Assembly: GCA_963835065.1 (NCBI GenBank)
Contig: CAWIEK010000034.1
Location: 1 to 64,000, forward strand
Reading direction: 5' to 3'
Source: an uncultured Chthonomonadaceae bacterium
GTDB taxonomy: Bacteria > Armatimonadota > Chthonomonadetes > Chthonomonadales > Chthonomonadaceae
Length of the DNA: 64,000 bases
Within the stretch, counting starts at the first letter, position 1. Each line of letters starts with the position of its first letter. Below, piece after piece: positions 1-10,224 of the stretch. The notes beneath the pieces are model-generated. The model was not told the origin of the DNA and made no database searches. It saw nothing but the letters and a program-made list of their open reading frames with translations. Position numbers and translations under genes: made by a program.

Positions 1-1782
1 GCGGACGGAACCACGCGGCAGGCAAAGGGCATACGACTGCGGACGATTTCACAGCAGCCGAACCGCGCGGTTGTGGAGGTTCAAAGCCGCCTGGGGAACA
101 TCGCAATTCAAAGCCTCGTCACGGTCGAATACGACGGCATGATGAAAATCGAGATGCGGCTCACTCCCGAACAGGCGACAACGCTCCGTTCGCTGCGGCT
201 GGTCGCGCCCTTGCGCCCCGAAATCGCCGATTATCTTCATGCGTGTGGCGAAGGTATCCGCTACGGCTTCGATTATCGGTTTTTGCCGAAAGCCAAGCAG
301 GGGCGTTTGTGGGACTCGCGCTCGGTGGATGGGCAGCCGATGCAGGTCGGCTCGTTCCTGCCGTATGTATGGGTGGGAAATCCCGGCGCGGGGCTGTGCT
401 GGTTCGCGGACAGCGACGAGGGCTGGGAGCCGAACAACAAAGTTCCCGCGATTGAAGTACGCCGCGAGTCCGTTCGCAGCGCCGATCTCGTTCTGAACCT
501 TATCGGCGCGGCAACCACGCTGAAGCGCTCGCGCCGCCTCGTGTTCGCGTTTCAGGCGACTCCCACCCGCCCGCTGTTTCCGGGCTGGCGCATGGATACC
601 TGGGGAACGAGCGATACTTTCAAAGATTGGGCGCAGGTGGAATCCAAAGGCAAGGCGGGCAATATGGGGCTGATTTTCGGCTCCATTCCTTTTCCGCTCG
701 ACCCGGAAGTGAGCCGCGCAATGGTTCAGGCGCGTCACAAAGAAGCGAGTTCGATTTTAGGCGCGGCCAGTCCCAAATACCGCGCTAACGCCGTGCCCTA
801 CTTTGAGCATATCAACATGGGCGAGCAGTTCGCGCCCGAACTGCGCTATTTTGACGAGGAATGGCGAACGCGCGTCAGTCGCGGGCTTTCGTATGGCAAA
901 ACGCTGGCGGATTACATGGTGTATCACGTCGGGCAGTGGGCGCGCGACTGCGGGATAGACGGCTTTTATCTGGACAACGTGTATCCCATTGCGGACGACA
1001 ACCTGGAAGCGGGGCGCGGCTATCGCCTGCCGGACGGGCGCGTTCAGCCCGCTTATCAGATGTTTGACACGCGCCGCTATCTGCTGCGCCTGCGCGCCGC
1101 GCTTGCCGAACAGGGCAAGCAGGATAAGTTTGTCCTGCACATCACGAACCATATCATCGCGCCCTGGATCGGCGCGGCGGATATTGCGCTGGACGGCGAG
1201 CACCATGTCATTTATCCCGAAATGAACAAAGATTTCATGGATTTCTGGTCGCTGGAGCGCCTGCGCGTGGACGATCCGGCGACATGGGGCGTGGCGGTCA
1301 ACTTCTTGCAGGAGTATCAGGGCGCGTGGGAACCGCAGCAACTGAAAAAGGCGATGCGGGCGTACACGGGAATGCAGTTGCTTCAGGACACGCTGGCTTC
1401 CGCCAACGCCAACGGCCTGAACCCGGAAGTGTGGCAGGGGCGCGAGCGTTTCGGCATCACGCGCCCCGGTATTCGTTTCCTCGCCTACTGGGAAAAAGCA
1501 AGCGGGCTGCAAAGCGAAGCCAAACAGGTGTATGTTTCCGGCTGGCTGGCTCCCGGCGCTCCGGGCAAATCCGGCAGGCTGCTGCTGGCCGTCGTCAACA
1601 CAGGGGAGAAAACCAACGCTTCCGTTCAGATTGACGCGAAGCGCCTTGCCCTGCCGGAGACGAGCCACTGGCGCGTTTATGACGCCGAAACGCTGGAACC
1701 GCTTACCGTAAGCGCGTCCGGCAGGCTGGACCTGTCATTGGAAAGGCACGATTACCGACAGGTCATTCTTGAAACGCAGTGA
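1..1782 (+). CDS. DUF6067-like putative glycoside hydrolase (5'-partial)
   Basis: Frame is open from base 1. TIM-barrel GH-like motif GIDGFYLDNVY, segments GLCWFADSDEGW and FQATPTRP, C-terminal beta-sandwich LLLAVVN. Confidence 0.6.
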   Translation, partial: ADGTTRQAKGIRLRTISQQPNRAVVEVQSRLGNIAIQSLVTVEYDGMMKIEMRLTPEQATTLRSLRLVAPLRPEIADYLHACGEGIRYGFDYRFLPKAKQGRLWDSRSVDGQPMQVGSFLPYVWVGNPGAGLCWFADSDEGWEPNNKVPAIEVRRESVRSADLVLNLIGAATTLKRSRRLVFAFQATPTRPLFPGWRMDTWGTSDTFKDWAQVESKGKAGNMGLIFGSIPFPLDPEVSRAMVQARHKEASSILGAASPKYRANAVPYFEHINMGEQFAPELRYFDEEWRTRVSRGLSYGKTLADYMVYHVGQWARDCGIDGFYLDNVYPIADDNLEAGRGYRLPDGRVQPAYQMFDTRRYLLRLRAALAEQGKQDKFVLHITNHIIAPWIGAADIALDGEHHVIYPEMNKDFMDFWSLERLRVDDPATWGVAVNFLQEYQGAWEPQQLKKAMRAYTGMQLLQDTLASANANGLNPEVWQGRERFGITRPGIRFLAYWEKASGLQSEAKQVYVSGWLAPGAPGKSGRLLLAVVNTGEKTNASVQIDAKRLALPETSHWRVYDAETLEPLTVSASGRLDLSLERHDYRQVILETQ

Positions 1783-1790
1783 GAGTCACT

Positions 1791-1836
1791 CTCACCCGGC
1801 CCTCAACCCCTTCTCTCAACTTTGGAAGAAGGGGAA
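1791..1836. repeat. REP-like hairpin of the CCCTCAACCCCTTCTC...AGAAGGGG family
   Basis: Related copies at 5665-5711, 20122-20172 and 60725-60830; lies between convergent genes. Confidence 0.65.
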
Positions 1837-1876
1837 CCTGTTGGGATAGGTTCTAAGAGAGTACCCAATTAACACC

Positions 1877-2590
1877 TCATGGAACGTTCTTCGCGCACTC
1901 CGCGCAGATTGTATCCAATGCGCCGAGCAGTTCCGGCAGAAATTCCGTCGTGTAGGAGCCTGTCTCGAATATCTCCCCCGCCCGCGTCAGTCTGTAGAAC
2001 TGCCAGTTCTGCCCGTTGCTGACGATGCCATAAATGTCAATGTCCAGCCCGCGTTGTTGATTGCTCCAACGACAGGCCGCCATTTCCGCCAGACACTGAA
2101 CGCGCCCCCTTGCAAAATCATCCTTTTTGGCTTCGGCAACACAGAGCAGAGGCGTTGCCATGTATGCCCGTTTCGGCGCAATCACGTAATCCGCCACACC
2201 CGTTGTTGTGTCCGTGTTCAGTATTGCCTCTTTCCAGACCTTCAGTTTTTTATGCGCAGGTACGATTTCCACAAACAGCGCGTCAATCAGCAGGGTTTTC
2301 GCAGGTTCCGAGGATTGCAGGTCAAAGAACTCGAAGCGGCTTAAAATGTCTTTCAAGGTCTCGCCGGGCGGGCGTGGCTGCGCATGGAGATGCCATGCGG
2401 TCAGGCTCTCCCTTCCCAGCAACCCCATTGCCTGTTCCAGCGTCATGGCGGAATAGTTTTGTTTTTGTTTCGGCGCGGGCTTCATCCGACTCATGTCCGA
2501 TCCAGTGCTTGCGTTAGTATCAACATACATCTTGATCGTTGAAAGTCTATCAGGCGGCGTCTGTTGGGAAAGGCTGTTCTCGTAAGCCAT
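1877..2590 (-). CDS. PD-(D/E)XK nuclease-fold protein (HsdR-N-like family)
   Basis: Motifs GVADY, VAEAKKDDF, GRVQCLAEM and YGIVSNGQNWQFY. True start may be an internal Met. Confidence 0.6.
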   Translation of the reverse strand: MAYENSLSQQTPPDRLSTIKMYVDTNASTGSDMSRMKPAPKQKQNYSAMTLEQAMGLLGRESLTAWHLHAQPRPPGETLKDILSRFEFFDLQSSEPAKTLLIDALFVEIVPAHKKLKVWKEAILNTDTTTGVADYVIAPKRAYMATPLLCVAEAKKDDFARGRVQCLAEMAACRWSNQQRGLDIDIYGIVSNGQNWQFYRLTRAGEIFETGSYTTEFLPELLGALDTICAECAKNVP

Positions 2591-2642
2591 GCAAACGTTC
2601 GCGCGCTCTTTCCCAACACCCGGCGCCTGACACCCAACACCC

Positions 2643-3239
2643 TTATTGCGTCACGGTAATGGTAATCGGGGCGGAAACCGGGGTCGGGACGCTGTTTGCC
2701 ACGCGGTTGCCGTTGTCGTACAGCAGTTCGGGGAGGCTGGCGTAAATCTGGTACGTTCCCGGCGGCAGCGCACTCACCTGGGGCGGGCTGTCGGGCGAGG
2801 GCGTGTAGGGAAACACGTAATTGAACGTTTTGGTTTGCCCCCCCGCATAGGTGTCAAAGCCTACGACCTGCGGAAACACCTGCTTGTGTCCCGGCCAGTA
2901 TTCATAGGCCACGATTTTGCCGTCTTGCGCGATGGTATAGCCCCACCATGCAATCTGCGACACGGTGGGGAAACTCACCATGCTTTGCGAACCGGAGGAG
3001 TTGCTGACGGTCACGGTCAAGTTAATCGTGTCGCCCGTCTTGTACGTGGTTTTATCCGCGCTGATTTGAAAGCGCAGGGTGGACAGATTGGTGGCGGGCG
3101 GCAGCGCGCGGCCATCCGGGGAGTAGTTATTTGGAATTAGGACTGCCTTGGGACTGCTTCCGCCCCCGCAGCCCGGCAAACATACGCTCATTACGGAAGC
3201 GACAAGCGCTGCGCCCATCAAAGCCAAAAGTCGGGACAT
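2643..3239 (-). CDS. Lipoprotein with Ig-like (BsuPI-like) domain
   Basis: RBS AAGGAG before ATG 3239; lipobox-like LPGC followed by GGGSS; Ig-type segment ADKTTYKTGDTINLTVTVSN...LPPGTYQI. Confidence 0.6.
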   Translation of the reverse strand: MSRLLALMGAALVASVMSVCLPGCGGGSSPKAVLIPNNYSPDGRALPPATNLSTLRFQISADKTTYKTGDTINLTVTVSNSSGSQSMVSFPTVSQIAWWGYTIAQDGKIVAYEYWPGHKQVFPQVVGFDTYAGGQTKTFNYVFPYTPSPDSPPQVSALPPGTYQIYASLPELLYDNGNRVANSVPTPVSAPITITVTQ

Positions 3240-3355
3240 GAGTACCCTCTCCTTCGTAGAAAATGCGCGCTGTTCCACGCTTCCGAACGCCTGTGAGAAA
3301 GCCGTTCGCTTTCAAGCCGCTTGCAGCAGCGCCGATGTGATGGGGGGAAATTGGG

Positions 3356-3472
3356 AAGGATGAAGGATGAGGGGAAAGACAGTGATGAGTGCTGAGTGAT
3401 AAGTGATGAATTTGCATCCTATTCATCACTTATCATTCATCATTCATCGTTTGTTCCTCATCCTTCATCCTT
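3356..3472. repeat. Nested inverted heptamer tandem repeats
   Basis: Outer (AAGGATG)n/(CATCCTT)n and inner (GATGAGT)n/(ATTCATC)n arms around a short spacer. Confidence 0.8.
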
Positions 3473-4463
3473 AGTGTGTGCCTCGTCCGGCGTGGAACAC
3501 GGCCAGCGCGGTGATGCACAGTAGCAGGGTCATGCTGTAAATGAACCAGACCACCTGCTTTTGGCTCCAGCCTAGCGCGAGCAGGCGATGGTGCAGGTGA
3601 CGCTTGTCCGCAGCCGTCAGTTTCGCGCCGTCCATCAGGCGGCGCGTCAGCACATGGGCGTAATCGAAAATGGGCACACCCAGCACGAGAACCGGAACCA
3701 GGACAGACACAGCCGCCGCCGCTTTGAACGCGCCCATAATGGAAATCGCCGCCAATGCCAGGCCAAGCACCTGCGCGCCGATAGTTCCCATGATGATTTT
3801 GGCGGGATAATAGTTGTGGCGCAGAAAGCCCAGACACGCGCCCATGACCGCAGCCGCAAGCAGCGCCAGCGTCGGGCCATCATGGGAGCGCAGCATGGTT
3901 GCCATTAAAGCGAGGGTTGCGGCGGAAATCGCGCACACGCCCGACGCCAGGCCGTCCACGCCGTCAATCGCGTCAACGGTTTTGGTCACCGTAAACACCC
4001 AGGTTACGGTCAGCACAACCGAGATCATCGGGGTCAGTTCGTGCCAGGTGCTGCTGCCCACGCCGAACGGATTGGTGATGCCCTCGATACGAACGCCGAA
4101 TTTCACCAGAATCAGCGCGGCAATGATAATGGCAAGCGCCTGCCATTTGGCCGACAGGTCTTTGAAATCGTCAATGAGGCTGGTGATGGCAATAAAGGTT
4201 GTGGCAATGAGCATGCCTATGACGGGCATCGTCCACGTATGCTGTCCCGTGTTGACGTGCCGGACGCTGACAGTCAGCAGCACGGCAATCACGAAGCCGA
4301 GATAGATGGCGATGCCCCCGGCGCGCGGAATCGGCTTGACGTTGACGCGGCGCTCGTCCGGCATGTCTATCGGACCGCGCTTTTCCACCCACGCGCGCAC
4401 GATGGGCGTAGTGGCGGAAGTCAGGAACGCGGCCACAAAGGCCGCAATGATTATGCCATACAT
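3471..4463 (-). CDS. wecA: MraY/WecA/TagO family polyprenyl-phosphate GlcNAc-1-phosphate transferase
   Basis: About 10 TM segments; motifs PRAGG, IDDFKDL, DGVDGL, GFLRHNYYPAKIIMG and DKRHLHHRL. Confidence 0.85.
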   Translation of the reverse strand: MYGIIIAAFVAAFLTSATTPIVRAWVEKRGPIDMPDERRVNVKPIPRAGGIAIYLGFVIAVLLTVSVRHVNTGQHTWTMPVIGMLIATTFIAITSLIDDFKDLSAKWQALAIIIAALILVKFGVRIEGITNPFGVGSSTWHELTPMISVVLTVTWVFTVTKTVDAIDGVDGLASGVCAISAATLALMATMLRSHDGPTLALLAAAVMGACLGFLRHNYYPAKIIMGTIGAQVLGLALAAISIMGAFKAAAAVSVLVPVLVLGVPIFDYAHVLTRRLMDGAKLTAADKRHLHHRLLALGWSQKQVVWFIYSMTLLLCITALAVFHAGRGTH

Positions 4464-4566
4464 TTCCGTACCCCGGCGGCTTGCCTGTCCAAACGTTTAA
4501 TCGAAAGAGCCGCTGTCAGGTGTTACTTATCCCTTATCCCTTACACCTTATCCCTCGTTACGCGGG

Positions 4567-5403
4567 CTATTTGACGGCTCCGTTGCCCAGCAAGTCTTTC
4601 ACGCTTTTTTGTTCCGTCACTCCCGGCGGCGGCGTAAACACAAAGGCTTTGTCGTCGGCAGGCGCGTTAGGCTTGACATCAATGGCGCTGGCGCGCATGG
4701 TAAGCGTAACGGCCAGCCGCGCTTTGACGATCTTGCCGTCCTTTTGCTTCATCGGCTGCTGCAGCATCCCGCCAATCTGCGCTTCCACTTTTTGCAGCAG
4801 GAAACTGGCCTTGTCAATGTAGAGCGTCCAGCGCGCGCCCTTGCGCGTGAACATATTTTTGGCGGCATTCGCCGGCGGTTCGCCCGTCCAGGCTCCGCTC
4901 ACAATCGTCACGGGGCGTCCGTTGACGCTGCCGCTGCCCTGCACCTTGAGGTTGGTCAGTTGGGGCGGCAGGGACGTTGCGCTTAAAAAATAAAGGGGGT
5001 CCAGCATGCTGTCAATACCGGCGCGCTCCCGCAGCAGGGGCATCATGGCGTTGATGTTGGGAGCCGTCGTTCCCGTGGAGTATTTTTTGAAATTCTCCAT
5101 ATACACGACCATTTTGCCGCCGTCGCTATACACTTCCGTCTGATTGGTGCGGGAGGACATTTTCAGCGCGATCTTGTTCGGGCGCTTGTACGTAAAGTCG
5201 GCGGAAACCGCGCCGAGCAGTTTGCTGTTTTTCGCCGACGTGACATTGATATCCGTGCTGAGTTTGCCGGAATAGGAGGCGAGGTCATGGTACGCCTTGA
5301 GGGTTTTTTCCAGCAGCGCCTTGCCGTCCTGCGCCTGCGCCTGTGCGCCTGTCCCTGCGATGCTCATCCCTCCGATAACCGCTAAAACCGCCCATTGCCG
5401 CAT
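4567..5403 (-). CDS. LolA-like/DUF2092 periplasmic protein
   Basis: Signal peptide; KRPNK, SDG, LYIDK and FVFTPPPG motifs typical of the LolA fold. Confidence 0.7.
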   Translation of the reverse strand: MRQWAVLAVIGGMSIAGTGAQAQAQDGKALLEKTLKAYHDLASYSGKLSTDINVTSAKNSKLLGAVSADFTYKRPNKIALKMSSRTNQTEVYSDGGKMVVYMENFKKYSTGTTAPNINAMMPLLRERAGIDSMLDPLYFLSATSLPPQLTNLKVQGSGSVNGRPVTIVSGAWTGEPPANAAKNMFTRKGARWTLYIDKASFLLQKVEAQIGGMLQQPMKQKDGKIVKARLAVTLTMRASAIDVKPNAPADDKAFVFTPPPGVTEQKSVKDLLGNGAVK

Positions 5404-5420
5404 GTCGTTCGTCCTTCTTC

Positions 5421-5553
5421 ATCAGGCATTAGGCATTAGATTTACATATTAGGCATTAGGAGCCGGGTTCATATCTTCTGCCTTGTACCTTGTGTCTAAT
5501 ACCTGATGCCTGATGCCTGATGCCTGATGCCTGATACGTGAATGCCTAATGCC
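5421..5553. repeat. Inverted heptamer repeats (AGGCATY)n/(RATGCCT)n
   Basis: Directly visible; the same unit recurs at 11451-11588. Confidence 0.8.
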
Positions 5554-5664
5554 TTTCAACAGTATAGCAGACAGCGTCCTTTGCGTCAACAGGCGGCCTT
5601 GTTTTCCCGCTATTTTGTCTGGTACAGGGGCAGAAAGGAATTTAACCATCCTAAAGGGGATAGG

Positions 5665-5711
5665 TTCCCCTTCTCCCGAAGTTGGGAGAAGGGGTTATGG
5701 GGTTGAGGGCA
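5665..5711. repeat. REP-like hairpin CCCCTTCTCCC...GGGAGAAGGGG
   Basis: Palindrome immediately after the stop of 5713-8745; reverse-oriented relative of 1791-1836. Confidence 0.7.
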
Positions 5712-5712
5712 T

Positions 5713-8700
5713 TTAGAAGGTGAGGGTCAGGGTGGGCTTGTTGGAAGCGGCTTCCCGACTCTCGAAGGTCAGGTAGACGTTTTGCGGGCTGGCATCTATC
5801 ATCTGGAGCGTCACCACTTTGCCCAGGTTGGCCGCGATGAACGCCGAGAGGTCGAAAGAGGCTTTGGTTCCCGCTGCGAGCGAGATGCTCTGAGAGGTGA
5901 GGAACGCGCCCGTACTGGAAAAATTCGTCCGGTTCAGGCCGGGCGCATTGTTCCAGGTGATTGTCGACTCGCTCCAGGTCGCCCCGGCAATGCTGTACAG
6001 ATTGACGTTTTCCGCCGAAGTGGTGGGATTGGAGGCGGAGTCTACGGTCAGCGCGAGCAGGGCTTTCGTGGGCGTTTTGGTTACGGCTGTCAGGTCGAAC
6101 TTCAGGTAAATGCTGCGATTGTAAACGCTTGTGGAGTCGTTGGTGACTTTCTTGACAATCAGCAGCGTCTGGCTCCCGAAGTTGCTGTTGGCGTTATCGC
6201 CGGCCTGCACATAAGCGTCGGCGGTGGGAAACAGGACTTGCATGGTCGGCGGGGCCGGGGCTTGCACGGTCAGGGCTGCCGTTTTGGTGACGCCCGCATA
6301 AATGGCGGAAATGGTTACGCCTGCGTTTGCGGTCACGGTTTTGGTCGTTACCGTAAACGTCGTGGAGGTCGCGCCTGCCGCAATCGTGACGGTGGCGGGA
6401 ACGGTTGCCGCCAAAGTATTGCTGCTCATCAGTGTGACAATCGCGCCCCCGGTTGGAGCGGGCGAATTCAGCGCCAGCGTACCCTGCACAGACGTGCCGC
6501 CCGTCACGGTTGTCGGGTTGAGCGCGAGGGATTGCAGCGACGCGAAGGGCGTTGCGGCAACTTCGCTGGAGTTCGGGCCGATCCCTCCCGAATTGGCGGC
6601 GTCCACCACATAGTAGTAGGTGACGCCGTTCGTTAGAAGCGTATCCAGGTACGTGGTCGTGGTGACGTTGGAAGCAATCGTCGTATACGGCCCGCCGTGT
6701 ACGGTGGCGCGTTTGACCACATATTGCGAGATGCCGCTTACGGCGCTCCAGGACACGCTCACCTGCGTCGCGCCGGGAGCCGCCGCCACGTTTGCCGGAG
6801 CGGTCGTTGGCTGCGGCTGCGGGACAAGCTGTTCCGCGCTGACCGACAGGATTGGGTCCGTATTGGCGTAACCCCGCACCAGGAGCGAGGAGAAGTTCAT
6901 CGTGGTGCTGTTGCCGGGAGCGGCGTAGGCGAACAGCCAGGGCTTGAGGCTGACAGTGGGAATGACGGTGCTGATCGTCTGCCAGGGGCTGTTGTCGCTC
7001 TGGCCTTTGACCAGACCTGCAGAAATAAAGGCCACGCGCTGCGTGTGCCAGCCGGTGTCAATGGACTGCGGCAGGGCAAGGAGGGACTGATCGGGCGCAT
7101 ACGTGGTGTCGAAAAGCCAGTAGGGAGAGTTGTAGTCATACATGCGCAGCAGTTGGGTGCGGTCTTCGATGCCGAACCCGAATTCTCCCGCATGATTGCC
7201 GGTTCCATCCGCGTTGTTGCGGCGCACTGACACTTCCATCGTATGCCCGGCCCCGAAGGAGCGCCGCCCGACGAGCGTTTCATAGGAGCCGACGCCCGAA
7301 TTCAGGGTAAGCACATTGTTGGCGACGCTGAAGCTGCCGCCTTCGCCTGACTGCGCGGGATGGCCCCACTTGTTGTAGTCCACGCTCGTACCGGAGAAAT
7401 CATCGTAGTAGTCGAACACCTGAAAGGGATCAAAGCCTTTCGCTGTGGAAACCGCGTTCATGGTCGCCACGCTCCAATCCGCGGCATTGGAGTAGGGAAA
7501 GAACCAGGTTCCGGCATAGTTGAGCGCGCCCTTGCTGATGGCGCCCCGGAAGGCGTTGGCGGCGTCCCATTCCCCCGTCGTGCCGCGTCCGTAAACGATG
7601 TGCTGCTTGGTAAACGTCTGGTAGTCTTTGGTGGTCACAAAGCCGACTTCCCAGGGCTGATCCGAGGTCGCGCCGCCCGTGTAGAAAATGTAGGCCGTGC
7701 CGTCAAGCTCGACGCAGAACGGGTCGGCAACGGTGGCGGCGTCCCAGGCGGGCGCGGGGCTGAAATCAATGATCGGATTGCCGGCAAACTTCGTCCAGGG
7801 GCCGGTAGGGCTGTTGGCAACGGCGTACCCCACGCGCTCGATGTTGACCGCGTCCGCCCCCGCGTCGCCCATGTAAAGCATGACCCATTTGTTGATAATG
7901 GTAGAGTAGTAGACATAGGGTTCCGCATCGCGGGACTGCTCCCAATCACCGGGCAGGCGCGACGCCGAAAGCAGGGGATTGCCGCTGTAGCGGGTGTAGG
8001 GGCCGGTGACGCTGGCAGCGGTGGCGACGCCGAGCGCATTGTTATCGCCATAAATGTCTGTGCCCCCGGTGTAATACAGGAACCAGGTTCCGTTGTTTTG
8101 TATCAGGTGCGGCGCATACACCGTATTGGCGTCCCAGGAACCGGCGGGGCCGAGCGGCAGGATCGTTCCCAAATCCGTCCAGGGGCCGAGCGGCGAGGAC
8201 GCGGAAGACATATTCACGGTGTTGATGACGCCATTGACGACGGGACAGTAGATCACGTAAAACTTGTTCGTCGCCGCATCATAAACCATGTTTTCGGCCA
8301 CGCCATGCCCGATGGGGGCGGTAGGGCGATTGAACAGGCCGGTCGGGGGCAGGGTAAAGGTGGCCGGGGCGCTGTTGCCGTAATAGAGATAAATGGATTT
8401 GGCTTGGGCGCCGGGAATGGTGGGAACGCGAACCCAGATGGTGGCCGTGTGGCTCGTCTGGCTGTCGTATTGTTGAATATAGTAAGGAATGAGGCTGACG
8501 CCATCGGCATCGGTGACGCGCAAGTCGGAGCCATCGGCAAGCGGCCGGGTAAAATCGAAGTTCGCGTTGGTGAGAGAAATCTTCACCTGAAACGAGGTCA
8601 GGTCGGTCAAGTTGGCCGTATTATCAACGTTAATGGTGCGGCGGTATTTCCAGGCGTTATTGTACCAGGTGGCCGGCGCGCAGTTACTAATCTGCGCGGC

Positions 8701-8745
8701 CAGAATCAGGGACATAATCCACAGTAACAACAGTATTCTTTTCAT
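5713..8745 (-). CDS. Secreted multidomain glycan-active protein: DUF2341, five-bladed propeller GH-like, Fn3, Ig and DNRLRE-like domains
   Basis: Signal peptide; DGSDLRVTD...IWVRVP (DUF2341); repeated WD..APH/DP and GNP propeller blades; Fn3 YYYVV; C-terminal ADAYV...YLKFDL...ITWNNAP...SRE. Confidence 0.75.
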   Translation of the reverse strand: MKRILLLLWIMSLILAAQISNCAPATWYNNAWKYRRTINVDNTANLTDLTSFQVKISLTNANFDFTRPLADGSDLRVTDADGVSLIPYYIQQYDSQTSHTATIWVRVPTIPGAQAKSIYLYYGNSAPATFTLPPTGLFNRPTAPIGHGVAENMVYDAATNKFYVIYCPVVNGVINTVNMSSASSPLGPWTDLGTILPLGPAGSWDANTVYAPHLIQNNGTWFLYYTGGTDIYGDNNALGVATAASVTGPYTRYSGNPLLSASRLPGDWEQSRDAEPYVYYSTIINKWVMLYMGDAGADAVNIERVGYAVANSPTGPWTKFAGNPIIDFSPAPAWDAATVADPFCVELDGTAYIFYTGGATSDQPWEVGFVTTKDYQTFTKQHIVYGRGTTGEWDAANAFRGAISKGALNYAGTWFFPYSNAADWSVATMNAVSTAKGFDPFQVFDYYDDFSGTSVDYNKWGHPAQSGEGGSFSVANNVLTLNSGVGSYETLVGRRSFGAGHTMEVSVRRNNADGTGNHAGEFGFGIEDRTQLLRMYDYNSPYWLFDTTYAPDQSLLALPQSIDTGWHTQRVAFISAGLVKGQSDNSPWQTISTVIPTVSLKPWLFAYAAPGNSTTMNFSSLLVRGYANTDPILSVSAEQLVPQPQPTTAPANVAAAPGATQVSVSWSAVSGISQYVVKRATVHGGPYTTIASNVTTTTYLDTLLTNGVTYYYVVDAANSGGIGPNSSEVAATPFASLQSLALNPTTVTGGTSVQGTLALNSPAPTGGAIVTLMSSNTLAATVPATVTIAAGATSTTFTVTTKTVTANAGVTISAIYAGVTKTAALTVQAPAPPTMQVLFPTADAYVQAGDNANSNFGSQTLLIVKKVTNDSTSVYNRSIYLKFDLTAVTKTPTKALLALTVDSASNPTTSAENVNLYSIAGATWSESTITWNNAPGLNRTNFSSTGAFLTSQSISLAAGTKASFDLSAFIAANLGKVVTLQMIDASPQNVYLTFESREAASNKPTLTLTF

Positions 8746-9173
8746 TCAAATCCTCAGCAATAGTGGAATCGGGAGGCGTTTTTGGCGTTGCCGGGCGTCA
8801 GTCGCAGGCGGGCGCGTTTGCGGCCTTCCGGCGAAGAAGATAGCGGCCTCCGGGAGAGCGTTTCTCCGTAATTTCAGTTATGTCAAACAACGTGATGTTC
8901 GCGAACAGGCGCAGTTATGCAGGCAGGCGCAACTGCGCTCCGGCAAGCCGGAGGCATAGCCCTGCCGCGCATGCGTTTACGCGCAGAGTGGCGATTTGCC
9001 GCTCTATCGGCGCAAAGCATTGGGGCGAGACAACGTTGTGAAATTTTAAATCAGGGACGAGAAAATCTGCGTCGAAGCGGACTGGCCGGTAACTCCAACC
9101 GAGACAACAAACGAGAACGTGGACAACGGGGTAACACGCAAGCAAGCTGTCTGACACTGCCATTTATTTATAC

Positions 9174-9190
9174 TGCACGAATCGTGCCAA
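9174..9190 (-). promoter_or_regulatory. Putative sigma-54 promoter (-24/-12)
   Basis: Minus strand TTGGCACGATTCGTGCA matches TGGCACG-N4-TTGCW with correct GG-GC spacing. Confidence 0.55.
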
Positions 9191-9336
9191 AGCGACTAAA
9201 AAATGACGTTGTGCAGGATTCTTGCGTACAAATAGAAGCAATCAGGTATTATTACGGGCGCAAAATATAATTTGAAAGATTTAGTGGAAGAATACTTGAA
9301 AAACAGTTTTGGCAGATAGGGACAAAACGTGGCAGT

Positions 9337-9353
9337 TTGGCATGAAACTTGCA
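9337..9353 (+). promoter_or_regulatory. Putative sigma-54 promoter upstream of the PEP-CTERM gene
   Basis: TTGGCATGAAACTTGCA, 100 bp before ATG 9453. Confidence 0.65.
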
Positions 9354-9452
9354 TTAAACACTGTAATGCGTATTTTGCTGAATATCCGCGCCGTTTCTCT
9401 GCTTTGCCCTTTTCTCAATTTTCTCAGTTTTCTCAATGAAGGAGACTCTTTC

Positions 9453-10133
9453 ATGCGTTTCGCCTCCCCCATTTTCGTGGGGTTGTGTCTCATCGCCGTT
9501 TCAACGGCGCAAGCGCAAACACTCTCTCTGGGTTCGTCTCAGGATGCCACTATCGCCGATGCTGCCCAGGCTAACTTAAATTTTGGCATGTCTGACGAAC
9601 TGCTCGTCAACTGGACCCACTTTCTGAGCAACATTTCGCGCGGGTTGATCCAGTTTAACCTCGGCTCGCTTCCCGGTTCCGCCACTATCACCGGCGCGAC
9701 CCTTACGCTGGTTCAGACCATCAATGACGGCTACGGCAAGGCATACAGCTTGTATCGTAATACCGATGCCTGGGATGAGGCCACTGTAACCTACAACACG
9801 CGCCCTGCCTTTGACGCGCCGACGGTCTCTACGCTGGCTATCAATGACCACACTATCAGTCCGCGCTCGTGGGATGTTACAAATGTCGTACAGGGGTGGT
9901 ACAGCGGCGCGTATGCCAACGATGGCCTGACGCTGATCCAGACTCCAGAACTGGCAGAAGATTACACTTTTTTCTTCAGCAGCAAAGCCTTTTATTTAAT
10001 AGACCGTCCCGTTCTGACCGTCACCTATACAACCCCCGTTCCCGAACTCGGCAGCATTGCCCTCCTCACTGGCTTGGGCTTGACCGGAGACGCCTTTCTG
10101 CGCCGCCGTCAACAGGCCCGCAAAGCCGTTTAG
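9453..10133 (+). CDS. DNRLRE-domain protein with PEP-CTERM-like sorting signal
   Basis: RBS AAGGAG; signal peptide; GLIQFNL...WDEATVTYNTRP...WDVT; tail VPELGSIALL-TM-RRR. Confidence 0.8.
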   Translation: MRFASPIFVGLCLIAVSTAQAQTLSLGSSQDATIADAAQANLNFGMSDELLVNWTHFLSNISRGLIQFNLGSLPGSATITGATLTLVQTINDGYGKAYSLYRNTDAWDEATVTYNTRPAFDAPTVSTLAINDHTISPRSWDVTNVVQGWYSGAYANDGLTLIQTPELAEDYTFFFSSKAFYLIDRPVLTVTYTTPVPELGSIALLTGLGLTGDAFLRRRQQARKAV

Positions 10134-10224
10134 CGCTCTGCGCAGCGTTTCTTGATCCTGATGCGGCAACAGCCTTCTGCTACATCGGCAGAAGGCTGTT
10201 TTATGTTTCCGCACCCGGAACGTC

